A DNA stretch of 63,671 nt, filler included, from Lenisia limosa (GCA_001655205.1; 8 parts of 8 records of this genome joined end to end with filler, not necessarily neighbours in it); one strand, 5' to 3'. Shown: positions 41,774-53,895, counted from the whole stretch's first letter. Program-made: numbers and translations. Notes: generated from the sequence alone by a model not told the origin.

Positions 41774-41847
41774 CAGAGACCGGGATAAGTCTTGACCGTT
41801 TTGCAATGTGATTCCCAAGGAAAATCGGTCAAGACTTATCCTGACTG
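41774..41847. mobile_element. Tc1/mariner-type MITE (family 2)
   Basis: TA|CAGAGACCGGGATAAGTCTTGACC...GGTCAAGACTTATCCTGACTG|TA. Confidence 0.8.
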
Positions 41848-41933
41848 TATGTATGATATAATTTTTTAAAACTTTGTATTATGATCATTGAAAAAAAAAT
41901 ACGTCTTTATTTTTCTCTTTTGACACCTTACAG

Positions 41934-43051
41934 GCACGGCTACAATTGATTTTGTGAAGAACTCCGGCCCAAACTGGGACGATTCCATTTGCGACCCTAA
42001 GGGCTCTAAGGGCCCGAGCGAACCGGTAGGTCAATAAATCAGACTGAACATTTTATAATGTTTGATATTTAAGTGTCTTAAATGGAGTTTTCGTTACACT
42101 ATGTTCCACTTCAAATTTTGAAAATTATTTTCCGTTTCATTGCATGGAGTACTAAAAAATAACTGTTCCTTAATTATTTTTCCTGGGAAAACCCCAAGTT
42201 TTTTTCCCTGGGGTTGGTTTTCCGATTTATTTAAAAGGTGTCTTTCTTCACAAAAATTTCCGAGTAAAACAATGAAAACCACGTGGAAAAATGAGATAGA
42301 ATCGAAGGGAAAATTTACTGGTCGGGATTTTTCTACTTTTCTATCCTATTGCAAATACAAGACACTCACTACTATAGTGCGATTGCAAGGACAACTTTTC
42401 TGGAAAGTATTGCTCTTCATGTGAAGATGGACTCTGGGGCGATTCGTGCTCAAAGCATTCAAAATGTCGCTACCCTAATAATGTAGAGTTTGTGGGCAAG
42501 TGCAACGGTGTACCCCATAATTCCCATCTAAGCAGTAACCTTGTGAACAGCATTTTTTTTTAATTCTCTTTCACTTACTCTTCTCTTTTGATTCCTTTAA
42601 TACTTCTTCCACGTTTACTTTATGACCTTTTTTAGTGAGAAAACCGGGTATTGTACCTCTTACGCGTGTAACACTGGTGAATTCCTGCCTTACTGTGAAG
42701 ATGTGGGCACGTGTTGTTGGCTCTAGGGATGTACTATGTGGCCGTGATGATTCCGATATTTTACTGTTCTTTGGGAATCTCGACAATATAGACTAAAGGT
42801 AAATCTTGGTATCTTGGTCAGGACTTTTCCTGTACAAAGGTCAAGACTTATCCCGGTCACTGAGAATATCATAAAATTCAGACTTTTTTGGACTGGAATC
42901 TGAAATCTGTATCTTACTTTTAAGCATCAACATCACCACCAATATCGTCCCACTATCAACATGAACACTTACCTCCAAGCATTGCTATACCAAAAATGAT
43001 GTGAGCCTTAGTATCTACTCTGCAACCGACTTTGGCGGAGACAATGTTAAG
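41934..43051 (+). CDS. Fragment of an uncharacterised Cys-containing, probably extracellular protein
   Basis: Open GT-AG-bounded exons: TATIDFVKNSGPNWDDSICDPKG; DGLWGDSCSKHSKCRYPNN; HCYTKNDVSLSIYSATDFGGDNVK. Phases between exons were not fully reconciled. Confidence 0.35.
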
Positions 43052-43511
43052 GTGGGGTGAGGGTGGTCGTGATATATCGGTATGATATATTATACAAGAC
43101 ATACTACATGTTCATGCATTACTAGTGGATGCTGGGGAGGCACGGAAAGCTGTGCACAGAGTTGTAAGACAAATGATTGGATGAATTAATCTATATTATA
43201 ATCCAATATCTTTTATAAGTGTGATGGTGTGGACGGCTTCGGCCAGGTATAACCTTATTTTTTATATTTCTCATTGTTATATATCATAGCCTTCCGTCAT
43301 ATAGTGTGATTCAAGAGTGTTTTGATAGGTTACTATGTTGCCACCGAATGCCTTTTTATCCTTCATTACTAAATCTAAGCGAATATAAAAAGAACATGCA
43401 GTAGAATCTTGGGATTTTACAAGTCAACACCTTACCATTAAATGCGGTCAACACCCCGGTTATCTGAGCCTTAGTTTTTATTTTTTTTTAGGGACAATGG
43501 AACTTTGAGCC

Positions 43512-43611
43512 NNNNNNNNNNNNNNNNNNNNNNNNNNNNNNNNNNNNNNNNNNNNTTAATTAATTAANNNNNNNNNNNNNNNNNNNNNNNNNNNNNNNNN
43601 NNNNNNNNNNN
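43512..43611. other. Artificial scaffold-joining linker
   Basis: Same 100-nt structure. Confidence 0.97.
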
Positions 43612-44586
43612 GCTTTTTTATTATTGTTATTTTGTTTGGAGTTTCAGATAATTCGTGTTTACGGCAATATTTTTCGTCGAAATTTCCTTCGTTTTTCTCA
43701 GCCAGCAGACTATTGATTTTGGGTTTTTCTCTTTCATAAATTTTCCATTTTACTTACCCTTTTAGATGCGGCTGGTCACATTGAAAACTTCTCCCTCTGC
43801 ACCTCCCCTTCTCGTCCACCCCTCACACTCCGTGGAGTAGGCGCAGTGGTGTTGCTTTTATTGTCCCATCTCGACTCCATTCATACCGTCTTTGAGGCAA
43901 TCTCAGTAGTACTAGTGCTTTGTTGTTGAATCCCTACGGCCTCACCTCGGTTCGAAAAAGACCGGCAAAATATCGATAGTTTTCGAGGATTTCTCGAGAA
44001 ANNNNNNNNNNNNNNNNNNNNNNNNNNNNNNNNNNNNNNNNNNNNNNNNNNNNNNNNNNNNNNNNNNNNNNNNNNNNNNNNNNNNNNNNNNNNNNNNNNN
44101 NNNNNNNNNNNNNNNNNNNNNNNNNNNNNNNNNNNNNNNNNNNNNNNNNNNCGAGCAATCGACTGGACCAACTAGCTCTCGATACGCAGGTGAGGGGATA
44201 TCAATCCAATATGTTATCAATTTCCCTTTTCCGTTTTTTAATTCTGACCTTACACCCTTAGCGAACGAGTGGAACGTTGAATAACCTTGACGTTGACAGT
44301 TGGCAGACTAATGTTGCGATTGAAATGGAGGAGGTTAGGGGGGATCCATCTCCTTTTCCCATTGCGTTTTTCGAGGTCATTGTCTTTTCATCATAGTTTA
44401 CTGAGCCATCTTTTCCTCATAGTTCTGAGCCATTCATCAGAGTTTACTAAGTCTTCCTCTCCTCATCATTTACTAGGTTCGCAAGCAAGGACTTGTGATC
44501 AACTCCGACCACGAACTTGTTCAGGTCTCGGAGCAAGATATTTCTGCCCTTCTAATAGTGGGGGGAGGTATTATCGAGTATCGTAT

Positions 44587-44757
44587 GCACGCAGAAGGCT
44601 GTGTGCACAGAGTTGGGTGAATCAAGATTATAGCAATGAGAAATAATAAAAAAAACAAGGTTGTATCTCTCCTCAACATCACGCTTATAATATAGCATAA
44701 TATTAACACCCAATCATTTTCCTTACAATGTGCACGGCTTTCTGCTTGCCTCCCCAT
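44587..44757. mobile_element. Third TIR-like dispersed repeat (family 3); related segments at ~27633-27722, 32403-32435, 43132-43300, 45739-45852, 58478-58592
   Basis: Arms GCACGCAGAAGGCTGTGTGCACAGAGTTGGGTG and CACCCAAT...TGTGCACGGCTTTCTGCTTGCC are inverted; other copies share GTGATGGTGTGGACGGCTTCGGCCAG; the 45739 copy ends GCCTCCACAG|TA. Superfamily unassigned. Confidence 0.6.
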
Positions 44758-45070
44758 ATACTGAAAGGAGTATCATATAATAACCATCATATAGAAGAAT
44801 ATCCAGTAACCATCCAGGAGGAAGAAGACCGGAGACGCGGCCGTTCACAGGTCTTTACTGAGTCGTCTACAAACCAGGTGGGGGGATAACATCATTACTT
44901 TTAAAATACAACATAAGGTGGATGTAGAATCTTGTGACAGCATTCAAGCCACTCACACTTCAGGTTTAATGGTTAAGGCGTTGTTGTTTCGAATATGTTT
45001 TTCTTGTTTCTGTTTCCTGTTTTCTTGTATTGTGTGATGTATTAGCTAAAATTATTCAACATTATCTTCG

Positions 45071-45150
45071 TCTTCACTTCGGTTCGAAAAAGACTGATAA
45101 AATATTCGTATCGAGAAATTCACTCTTTTTTGAACCGAAGTGAAGCCCTA
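45071..45150. mobile_element. hAT-type MITE (family 1), left end eroded; further partial copies at ~4937-5003, 35117-35178, 43935-44001, 46501-46570, 50430-50503, 51447-51534
   Basis: CTTCACTTCGGTTCGAAAAAGACTG...GAACCGAAGTGAAGCCCTA matches the 8381 copy. Confidence 0.7.
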
Positions 45151-45467
45151 ATTATGATAGATACTGATTAGAAAAGGAAGCTTTCCAACACAGTGAGCAT
45201 TGGACGAATGAAATAATAAATGAGTCATGGACGAATTATAATGATTCAAGTCTAATAACTCCACACAAGAAAGGAAATCTATTCCACAATGTCAAAAATG
45301 AAATAACTTAAGCTAGAAACAAGAAATTATGACGTGGAGGTTGGAGGACTATTGCACTTACCCCTGATATGTAAAAACAACAAAATTTCTTTGGTGGTTC
45401 AAATTATCCTTCTCAAGAGGATCTCCATTAAACAACGTTGTATGAGACAACTTATTGCCATAAATAC

Positions 45468-46016
45468 CTGGGGGTGGGAGGGGCCTGGAGAGAGGGCTGG
45501 CCGGCGGGTGCAGTGTTGAGGCACCATTGCTCGAGAATTCGACGCAGGTCAGCTGCGAAGATAAAGAACTAACTCAAAGAAATACAAGAGGGAGAAAAAC
45601 TCAAAACAGCTTACCTAATCGGGCAGGTTTGGCCATGTAGTCGTCGAGGCCATGGGCGATGCACACGTCACGAGCACCCTCCATAGCGTTAGCTGCGGGG
45701 TGAAAAGGGAACAGTCGTACTCAAAAATAATGTTGTTTCTGGCCGAAGCCGTCCATACCATCACGCTTAGAAGAAGTATTGGAGTATAATAATAATAATT
45801 CACCCAATCATTTGCCTTACAACTCTGTGCAGCTTTCTGCGTGCCTCCACAGTATACCACAAATAATAACCACAATTGTCCCAGCACTCGCATACCAGTT
45901 AGGGCGCAAATTGGCGTGCAGACGTTGGCGCTTCTTATGAGGGCTGTTGCGCCGTAGCCGTCCAGACGCGGCATGTTGAGATCCATCAGAATGAGATGGT
46001 AGGCTGAGGCGTTTGG
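45468..46016 (-). CDS. Response-regulator receiver domain (C-terminal part of a probable hybrid histidine kinase); 5' truncated
   Basis: YHLILMDLNMPRLDGYGATALIRSANVCTPICALT|ANAMEGARDVCIAHGLDDYMAKPARL|ADLRRILEQW. The phosphoacceptor Asp, switch Thr and conserved Lys-Pro are present. Confidence 0.88.
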
Positions 46017-46116
46017 NNNNNNNNNNNNNNNNNNNNNNNNNNNNNNNNNNNNNNNNNNNNTTAATTAATTAANNNNNNNNNNNNNNNNNNNNNNNNNNNN
46101 NNNNNNNNNNNNNNNN
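46017..46116. other. Artificial scaffold-joining linker
   Basis: Same 100-nt structure. Confidence 0.97.
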
Positions 46117-47402
46117 TCTTCAAGCTGACCATGGCCGAGTGGTATGGTCTGTGGGGGCTTATGTGATACACGGTGTTTATTATCATTTTTTTATGTGTGT
46201 AGGAGAGGGGGGGATATATGCAAGGCGGTGGGGAGTCGAGGTCCCGATTTTGATTATCCTCAAAATAATGTATCAATGCAATATCAGGGATGAAAGCAGA
46301 TAGAAGAGAACTCAGCGACGCTGGTTTGTCAACAGTCGTCTATTCTTCTTGGAGCTCGCCTTAGCCTCCAAGTTGCTTACACAGAGATTAAAGTCATTAT
46401 ATTCAATCATATAGTTGAAAAGCGGTGAAAATCATGACTTAAATCCGAGCCTAAACAATCAAACCTCGACTCCCCACCGCCTTGGGTATATGTTGTTTAT
46501 ATCACTTCCTTCGTTTCGAAAAAGACTGAATTTCTCATATCGATATTTTCCCGAACCGAAGAAGCGTTACTAATAAACGCTTTGCTTACCCTTGCAGTAC
46601 TCGATAGGTAGTTATCACAATAATTGGCTCATTTTCTAAGAATAGTCAATCATATTCTTACATTAATAAAATATTTGAATTGTGTTGTAGACAAAATATT
46701 TGAATTGAATTTGAGCTTTGTTTACTCTTCTAGACCTCGGGTTGGTAGACTGCGCGTGGGCCGTGCCTCAAATTGACTAGGCCTTTATTTGGATCTTTTA
46801 TTCAAAGGAATTTTTAGATTTTATATTTAACATGTAATGGACTTGTGCTACGATTTCGAAATTTCGTCGGAGCGGCTGGATACTACCAATATTCCAATAC
46901 TTATCTACGTATAAATTTATGATGATATATTATATGATCATTAAACCCTTGGATTGGTTCTAACTTTTATGGTGTACAGTGAGCCAAGTTTTCAAGTTCA
47001 TTTAACGACATAGGATTCCCATTGTTTAAATGGGAATCCCATTATTTTGCGGAAATCTGAACAGATTTATTGGACAACCAAACACTCTCAAGGAATCCCA
47101 AGTCAATGCGCTGTAGGAGCTGTTGAAAATTTCATTGGTTCCATTTGTAATTCTCTTAATTGCCTGTTTGACGAATGGAACAAATCATACCTAATACCTA
47201 ATACGCCATCTTAGAAATATCTTTTACTCCCCCTCATGAATAAAAAATGTATCAGAAAAATGGATTCACTCAATCCTTGTGGAAACAGCAAGTATTACGA
47301 CATTACGAGGAGTAAGCTTGTTCGCTCGGTTTCTGTAAAGTTATTTCAGCTCTAAAGTGACCACTTTGATTTGAATTACATATCATTATATTATAATATT
47401 AT

Positions 47403-47501
47403 TAGAGCGTCCCTGCGGTCCCAAAAAAGACTGAATTTCTCGATAAATCCTCGATTAATAGCGATATTTATACAGTCTTTTCGGACCGCAGGGAAGACCT
47501 T
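47403..47501. mobile_element. hAT-type MITE (family 1), diverged copy
   Basis: TAGAGCGTCCCTGCGGTCC...GGACCGCAGGGAAGACCT; AATATTAT on both flanks. Confidence 0.7.
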
Positions 47502-47804
47502 AATATTATATATATTATATCCACTATGTCTCAACAATTCAACATTAATTTCTCACATATTAATATAATATACATATTAATACATAAGAAAAAAAAAAAA
47601 CTGAAGAAACTGTAGAAACAGAAAAAACAGAAAACGGAAGAACAAAACAATCAAAGACTGTAACCCACAATCCGATGTCCCACCGGTTGATGTTGCTGTA
47701 GCTCTGAGGGGTCAATGGAAAGTTCCCTCCCGAGCTCCATTATCGCGGCCCGGACTAAAACTAGCCTACTTTCTGGGGGGGGGGGAGTAAAATTGGAAAA
47801 TTTA

Positions 47805-47904
47805 NNNNNNNNNNNNNNNNNNNNNNNNNNNNNNNNNNNNNNNNNNNNTTAATTAATTAANNNNNNNNNNNNNNNNNNNNNNNNNNNNNNNNNNNNNNNN
47901 NNNN
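47805..47904. other. Artificial scaffold-joining linker
   Basis: Same 100-nt structure. Confidence 0.97.
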
Positions 47905-47911
47905 GTGTACC

Positions 47912-48011
47912 TTGGGCTTCCCTATGGTCCGAAAAAACCCCGCTAAACTATCGATATTTATCGAAGATTTATCGAGAAATTCCGTCTTTTTGGGACCGAA
48001 GGGAAGCCCTA
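47912..48011. mobile_element. hAT-type MITE (family 1)
   Basis: TTGGGCTTCCCTATGGTCC...GGACCGAAGGGAAGCCCTA with the shared ATCGATATTTATCGA core. Confidence 0.75.
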
Positions 48012-48031
48012 ATTATACCCCCACCCCATAC

Positions 48032-51000
48032 CAGTCGGCAGGGGTGGTGCGCCCTTGTACTGGACCCTCTTCTTGTCTCTGCGGTCCTTCGGAAGGTATC
48101 GGAACTTCGGATATAATTGTACCAGGGGCTTTTCGGCTCGTGTCAGGTTCTTGGCGGGGNNNNNNNNNNNNNNNNNNNNNNNNNNNNNNNNNNNNNNNNN
48201 NNNNNNNNNNNNNNNNNNNNNNNNNNNNNNNNNNNNNNNNNNNNNNNNNNNNNNNNNNNNNNNNNNNNNNNNNNNGCCCTTGTTCTTGGCACCACGTGGG
48301 CGTCCCCGTCCCTTTCGCGGCGGTGGGTCTTTGAAATAGGAAAGTTGTTTGACGTCTGCCAAAAGAGGAAGGTTGCTCAGGTCAACCTGGGAGGATTGCA
48401 AGCCGGCGAGTTCAGGGATTCCCAAATCGGGAAGTTCCAAATTGGGAATACCGAGGATTGGGGCCGGGCCGCCCTCTTCGATACTAGAAATCAGTGCGGC
48501 AACATCAGATGGGTTGGCCAGGCCGGGGTCAAGCGATGGCATTGGCATGGGGGGGAGGCTTTCCACTTGCACTTCCGGAACAACCGGGACGTGTTCGGTA
48601 ATCTTAGTTGGGGAGACTGTTTCGGTTCTGCCTTGGGCTCGACCGCCTCTGCCGCCGCCACGCCCGCCACGAATTGACGGGGTTCCCCGGGGTACCTCGA
48701 CAACATATTCATGATCATCATCGCCGCCGTAGTTTTCTTCGTCTTGTCGGTTCCGCTTTTTTCGTTGGGTCCGGTCGCGGAGGGTGCGGCCGCTGGAGTC
48801 CACGTTTGCGGTATACGCGGACGCCTCAGATACGTCGACAACAGGAGCCTCGGAAAGCATGTCGGAAGCTATGTCGGAAGAGGGGTCGGAAGGCAAGGTG
48901 GTGACGCTTGTGAGGGGGACTATGACTTCGGACGAGATGGGAAGAGAAGGGGCTTGGAGGGGCTCGATCGCGAGGGCTGGAACTGGGGTAAAACGAACCA
49001 AATTTCGATGAGGAATATTGGCGCAAAGGTACTAATCACGAACCGAATAAATTGAAACTCCAAACAAACAAAAAACAAAGCCAAAAATAAACCCTGTTGG
49101 CTAAAAGCACACAGGTTGAAAACAACAGCAGCAGCAAAAACAAATAAAAAAAAATAATAAAAATAAAGCCCTGGCCTTGCAGCACCACATCACATCACAT
49201 CACTCCAGCGTACCAGGGGGAGGAGGAAGGCTGTGAAGTTCAGGCAGATTCTCGACCGTTATCGCTGAAGTGGCCGTAACAGCGGTGTCAAAGATCTCCT
49301 CAGCTGTAATGAGGGGAGGAAGCGTGGGAATAGGGGGGAAGGAAGGCGGCGGTGGAACAGGCGCGGTTTGTTTCTTTTTCTGGGGTCGCGGCGTGGGGTC
49401 TGTCAAGTCGGATTCGGACTTACGTGGTCGGCCTCTTTTGCGTTTCACCGGCTCTTCCTGGGGGGTGCTGGGGGGTAAAACGAAGGAAATTTCGATGAAG
49501 AATAGTGGCGTAAAGGTATTAATCACAAACCGAATAATCTGAAACTCCAAACAAACACAAAACAAAAAAACAAGGAGCAACCAACGCTAAACGAAGGAAA
49601 TTTTGATAAAGTAAATGCGTAAAGGGAGGAGTGAACCAAGAAACCTTTCTGAGAATATTTCCTCAAAAGAGCCAAAATCAGAAAGTTATCAAAAAGAGCT
49701 TACGTAAAGAAAATGACCCCCCCCCCCANNNNNNNNNNNNNNNNNNNNNNNNNNNNNNNNNNNNNNNNNNNNNNNNNNNNNNNNNNNNNNNNNNNNNNNN
49801 NNACATCACGGCTGGTGCGGGCGGCGCGCTACTTCCTGTTATAGTAAGTAAAAAAAGCAAAGAAAGCAGGAATTTCCTATCATGGTAAGTCAGAAAAGCA
49901 AAGTAAGCATGAAATTCCTGTTGTCTTAGACACCTCCCTATCGACAATGCTAATGTCTATCATTAGGGCTTCCCTACGGTCAAAAAAGGCCGGAATAATA
50001 CTTAGAATTTATCGAGAAATTCAATCTTGTTTGGGACCGAAACGGAAGCCTTAGATATCATATCATTCAGATAATACCCGATTTCCTACTTTGGCAGTAA
50101 ACATAAAAAAAAGAACTTACAGTAACCGGGATAAGTCTTGACCGATTTCCCTGAGGAAATCACAAAGCAAATTGGTCAAGACTTATCCCGGTCACCGTAT
50201 GTTGTTGTCAACAGACAGCGATTCACTTAATAAGAATAAGCTAGGTAAACTCCATTTCATAAAACGCATTTCTGCGTACCGGGGGGAAGAGACTGGACGA
50301 GGGGTTGGAAAAGACTCTGTGGCGGCGGCGCAATTCTTGAGCTTTGGCCCATTTGAGGGGCTTTGTGGGGGTCTGAGGTGTGCATGTCGCCGAGAGAGGG
50401 TTGGACAGCCTGGGGGTGTGAGCTGCATTTGGGGCTTCCATGCTGTCCGAAAACATCGATATTTATCGAGGATTTATCGAAAAAATTCAGTCTATTTTGG
50501 GACTGTTGAGAATCCCTTCTTATTCAAACTGCCCATTTCTCAACCCCATGAATTAATAAAAATAATGAATATCTAAAGTTTTAAATAAAATCACAAAAAT
50601 CACAAAAAACATAAAAATAACAACAATGAAAGACACAAAAAAATAACAATAATACAACCCGGTAATTCCAATTTTCCCAACCATTTAATGGAAATTTTTC
50701 AAATTTCAACTGGAAAAAGAGGTTGTACATCACTTTTTATTTTCCAACACTCTCAGAGACGATTTTTAAGTATGTTCAGGACCAACAATCCAAGAAAGCC
50801 GAGCTCACCTTGGGGGTAGCACGGGGGATCCTAAGTTTTACGGGCGTTTTCACCATTTTGCGGATTTGGGCCTCGGATTTAGACTCGAAAAGAGTGGAGG
50901 GCAGACCCACGCCGGGTGCCGGAATGTCCTAATATGGTAATGAAATGGAGGACTACCTAATATGGCAATGGAAAGGAGGGTTACCTAATATGATAATGAA

Positions 51001-52607
51001 AAGGAGGAGGTTGGTTTCCTAATACGGTAATGAAAAGGGGAAGGTTGATCTCGCTCCAACGCAGCTAATAATATAAGAGATAGTAAATACTATCATAACA
51101 GATGTGTAGTATGTAAAAATGGCAATACGTTTTGAAAATAAAGACACTTTGCTGTCAATGTGACAGGTTTTCTTTATATTATAATTGAATCTTGATAAAT
51201 CCAAGGCAAACCATGTCAAGAGAAATAATATGGGGCTGACACGCAGGGTTGGCGTTGAAATAGGTTAACCACTCCTAAAATGGTCAAAATCAGATGTCGT
51301 GGGGGGGGGCATTTCATCCCCCTAATTACTAAAAGAGGGGTGGGACAAAAAAGGACGAATACATACATATTGTATAACCCCCCATTGCTTCACTTTCAGA
51401 CCAAGTAAATTTCGAAATTATCAAGAGATCAGTGGTTTATCAGAATTAAGGGCAAGAAAAAAAAGACAGAATTTCCCAATAAATCCTCGATATATTTCGA
51501 TAGTTTATATTGTTTATACCGAAGTGAAGCCCTAAGTGTACATCTGACGTTATTTTGGCCCCAAACAAACCTTCAGACGGGGGTTTGTGTTTGCAGGAAT
51601 AAGGGAGTCTGACTGCAGGGATATGACCTGAACCTACAAGGGTGAGGCTCAAGGGGAGGGGCTAAATGGAAAATTTATGAAACAAAAAAACTCGCTTGAG
51701 AACCATGATTTCCCAAAAGAAGGAATTTCCCGTTAAATCTTCAATACTATATACAGTGAATGGGATAAGTCTTGACCGCTTTGCATATGATTTTCCAGGG
51801 AAAATAGATCAAGACTTATCCCGGTCACTGTCTATCCAAATTCTATCGAACTATAGTAAATTATTGTGAGAGAGAGGTGACACTATCCACTGAAAGAAAG
51901 ACTTGAAAATAAGAGTATAAATACTGTACTAGAACGTAAATGGGAAGCTACTATTATCCTGAAATTACTTCTAGAAAATGAGAGCAAAATTCGATTACAT
52001 CCACCGGTCAAAGCCCAAGCAAAGCGCGCCAAAACAATAGCCCCAATCATCAACTGTGTCCCACCTCAAGTTTCCTTCGGGTTTGTTCGATTTCAACAAA
52101 GGAGCCTCGACGACCGCCATGGTGTCCATGGGGCTGGATTTCAGCACCGGGCACTGCTCGAACCTCAGCGAAAAGGTCACAATGGAAAGACGTGTCTGGA
52201 ACAGTGAGATCTGGGAAGGAAGTCGCGATGATGCTGCGTTCGTCTCAAGGAGTTAAGTCTATGATCCAAACTAATTTGCAATTGACAGTATATTTTTTTT
52301 TAAGGAAATAAGAAGAAGTGAAGGGCTCATTACCAGAAAGGCGGTTCACAGATCCAAGGACAACAAAAATGCTGGGACTGCCAAGGCAGAGGCGAAGAAG
52401 GCTGAAATGTAAATAAATATAAAATATAAGTACTTTAAAAGACAGGAGAAGACCAGCAAACCTTTCCTTCGCGGAGAAGAGACAAACATTGGAACCTAGG
52501 GAAGTCTGTGAGAACACATACCGCTGCAATTCCGGAAGTGTTGCTGTTAATATATCATTGCTAACTGCCGAATAGGGCCCTGGAACAAGGTAGAGGCAAG
52601 ACGACAT
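48032..52607 (-). CDS. Pro-rich, largely disordered AT-hook DNA-binding protein; 3' truncated, 5' exons tentative
   Basis: AT-hooks PPRKGRGRPRGAK (48k) and PVKRKRGRPRKS (49.4k) plus an RGG tract; upstream GT-AG exons (DIPAPGVGLPSTLFESK; VQVISLQSDSL; IIATSFPDLTVPD); candidate ATG at 52607. Confidence 0.65.
49964..50053. mobile_element. hAT-type MITE (family 1), full copy
   Basis: TAGGGCTTCCCTACGGTC...GACCGAAACGGAAGCCTTA; TSD TCTATCAT/GATATCAT. Confidence 0.75.
50120..50197. mobile_element. Tc1/mariner-type MITE (family 2)
   Basis: TA|CAGTAACCGGGATAAGTCTTGACC...GGTCAAGACTTATCCCGGTCACCG|TA; ~24-bp TIRs, TA flanks. Confidence 0.8.
50928..51046 (-). repeat. 4 x ~28-34-nt tandem repeat, each unit a pyrimidine tract + TTACCATATTAG|G-like acceptor
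   Basis: CCTAATA(T/C)G(G/A) at 50928, 50956, 50984 and 51018. Confidence 0.85.
51754..51830. mobile_element. Tc1/mariner-type MITE (family 2)
   Basis: TA|CAGTGAATGGGATAAGTCTTGACC...GATCAAGACTTATCCCGGTCACTG. Confidence 0.8.
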
Positions 52608-52904
52608 CGTTTTACAGATTCTACTGACCCTTGCCGGCAAAAGTGGAAAGCAAGCACCAGGTCTGTTCTATCTTTGTATCTCTTCTTCCTTTTAACGTTT
52701 TAAAACGAGTTTTGGCATTTTGAAAATTTCAGGAAAAGGACTCCGACGTTAACGCTCCACGCAAGTTAAATGGATTTTTTCATGCTGCTGAAACAAAAGC
52801 AAAAAGGACATATTGGTACGGACTACAGGACGACATATACACAGCAGACGAAATAGAGGAACAGAAAGTGCAAGTAACAGAACAGTCAAAACCAGCTCGG
52901 CCCA

Positions 52905-53662
52905 ATGAGTCCCAAGAATCGCACCATTGCAATTTTGGGATTCTACGCAGTAGGTAAGCTGAATTATAACCTATTTGATGGGTGGTTACTGTTTTGTAGC
53001 ACTTCCCCTTTCTTGTTCACCCGGTCTTGCGTTAATCCTGTTCACTCTTCTCAGGCAAAAGCTCAGTTGTTAATCGTTTCGCGTATGATACCTACAAAAG
53101 GGACGGATATGTTCCAACAATCGAGTCACGGCACTCCAAAAAGCATCAGTTTAAAGGACAGACTTTTGAGTTGACGATCGTGGACACAGCTGGCCAGGTT
53201 GGTTTCATTTTTGCGGATGGGATGCTTGGTGATTGTGAAGCGAACAATTTCATTCCACAATTGGAGAGTTATCTTAATATATCAAACTTTTCTATGTTCA
53301 CTTGCTTTTTCTTTGGGGGGGTGGGGTGTTTTCTGCAATTCAATTCACATTTCTGGAATGATTAAGTGTTTGAGGTTCGGCTTTCTCTAACTTTTTAACA
53401 GGATGAATTCTCAGAAGACAACTCACAGTATCAACATCTTGACGGATTCGTGTTAGTGTATGCAAGGGATACTGTTTTTCTTACTAAGAGTGGCTATATT
53501 GTAAGCAGTTTATGACGCATTTAGTTATGATGTGGGGCAACAGCAATCCCTTGACATCTGCAAACTTGTGAACAACAAGCTGTTGGACATTACACAAACC
53601 ACCGATCCGTCACGGTTACCACGGATTCTTTGCGCCAATAAAGTGGATGGAGAGTCAAAGAG
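52905..53662 (+). CDS. Ras-superfamily small GTPase, Rheb-like; 3' truncated
   Basis: MSPKNRTIAILGFYAVG|KSS (G1), YVPTIES (G2), IVDTAGQ|DEFS (G3), GFVLV|YDV, NNKLLDI, ILCANKVD (G4). RxIAILG, GQDE and KLLD resemble Rheb. Confidence 0.8.
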
Positions 53663-53895
53663 GTTGGGAGTAGTTGTAATGAGGGGGTGAGGGCTTTGGA
53701 ATCTAAACCGACATTTTTCGTAGTACTGAAGCTGGATCCTAGGACCTTCATTATCACATTATCATTTCCTTCGTTATTTATAATGGGTGGTTTAACCTTT
53801 CAACAACTTAAAATGCACTGGTTCCAAATATGCACTATCCGTATTGTATTACTTTCTTATTGAATATGTTTTGAGTTATTTTGGACTAAAGTATT

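Noticed and set aside
47660-47772. Possible kinase start (ELSIDPSELQQHQP) on the minus strand
   Set aside because: A single short exon; no GxGxxG, VAIK, HRD or DFG motifs found on this scaffold.
48009-48011. AT-hook ORF apparently terminated by the TAG of a MITE terminus
   Set aside because: A good donor (G|GTATGG plus G-run) lies at ~48031, so the MITE is more likely intronic and the gene continues off the scaffold.
50928-51027. Clustered CArG boxes (CCATATTAGG, the c-fos SRE) as SRF/MADS sites
   Set aside because: Most copies coincide with acceptors on the coding strand (also 14029 and 14187), which explains them more simply.
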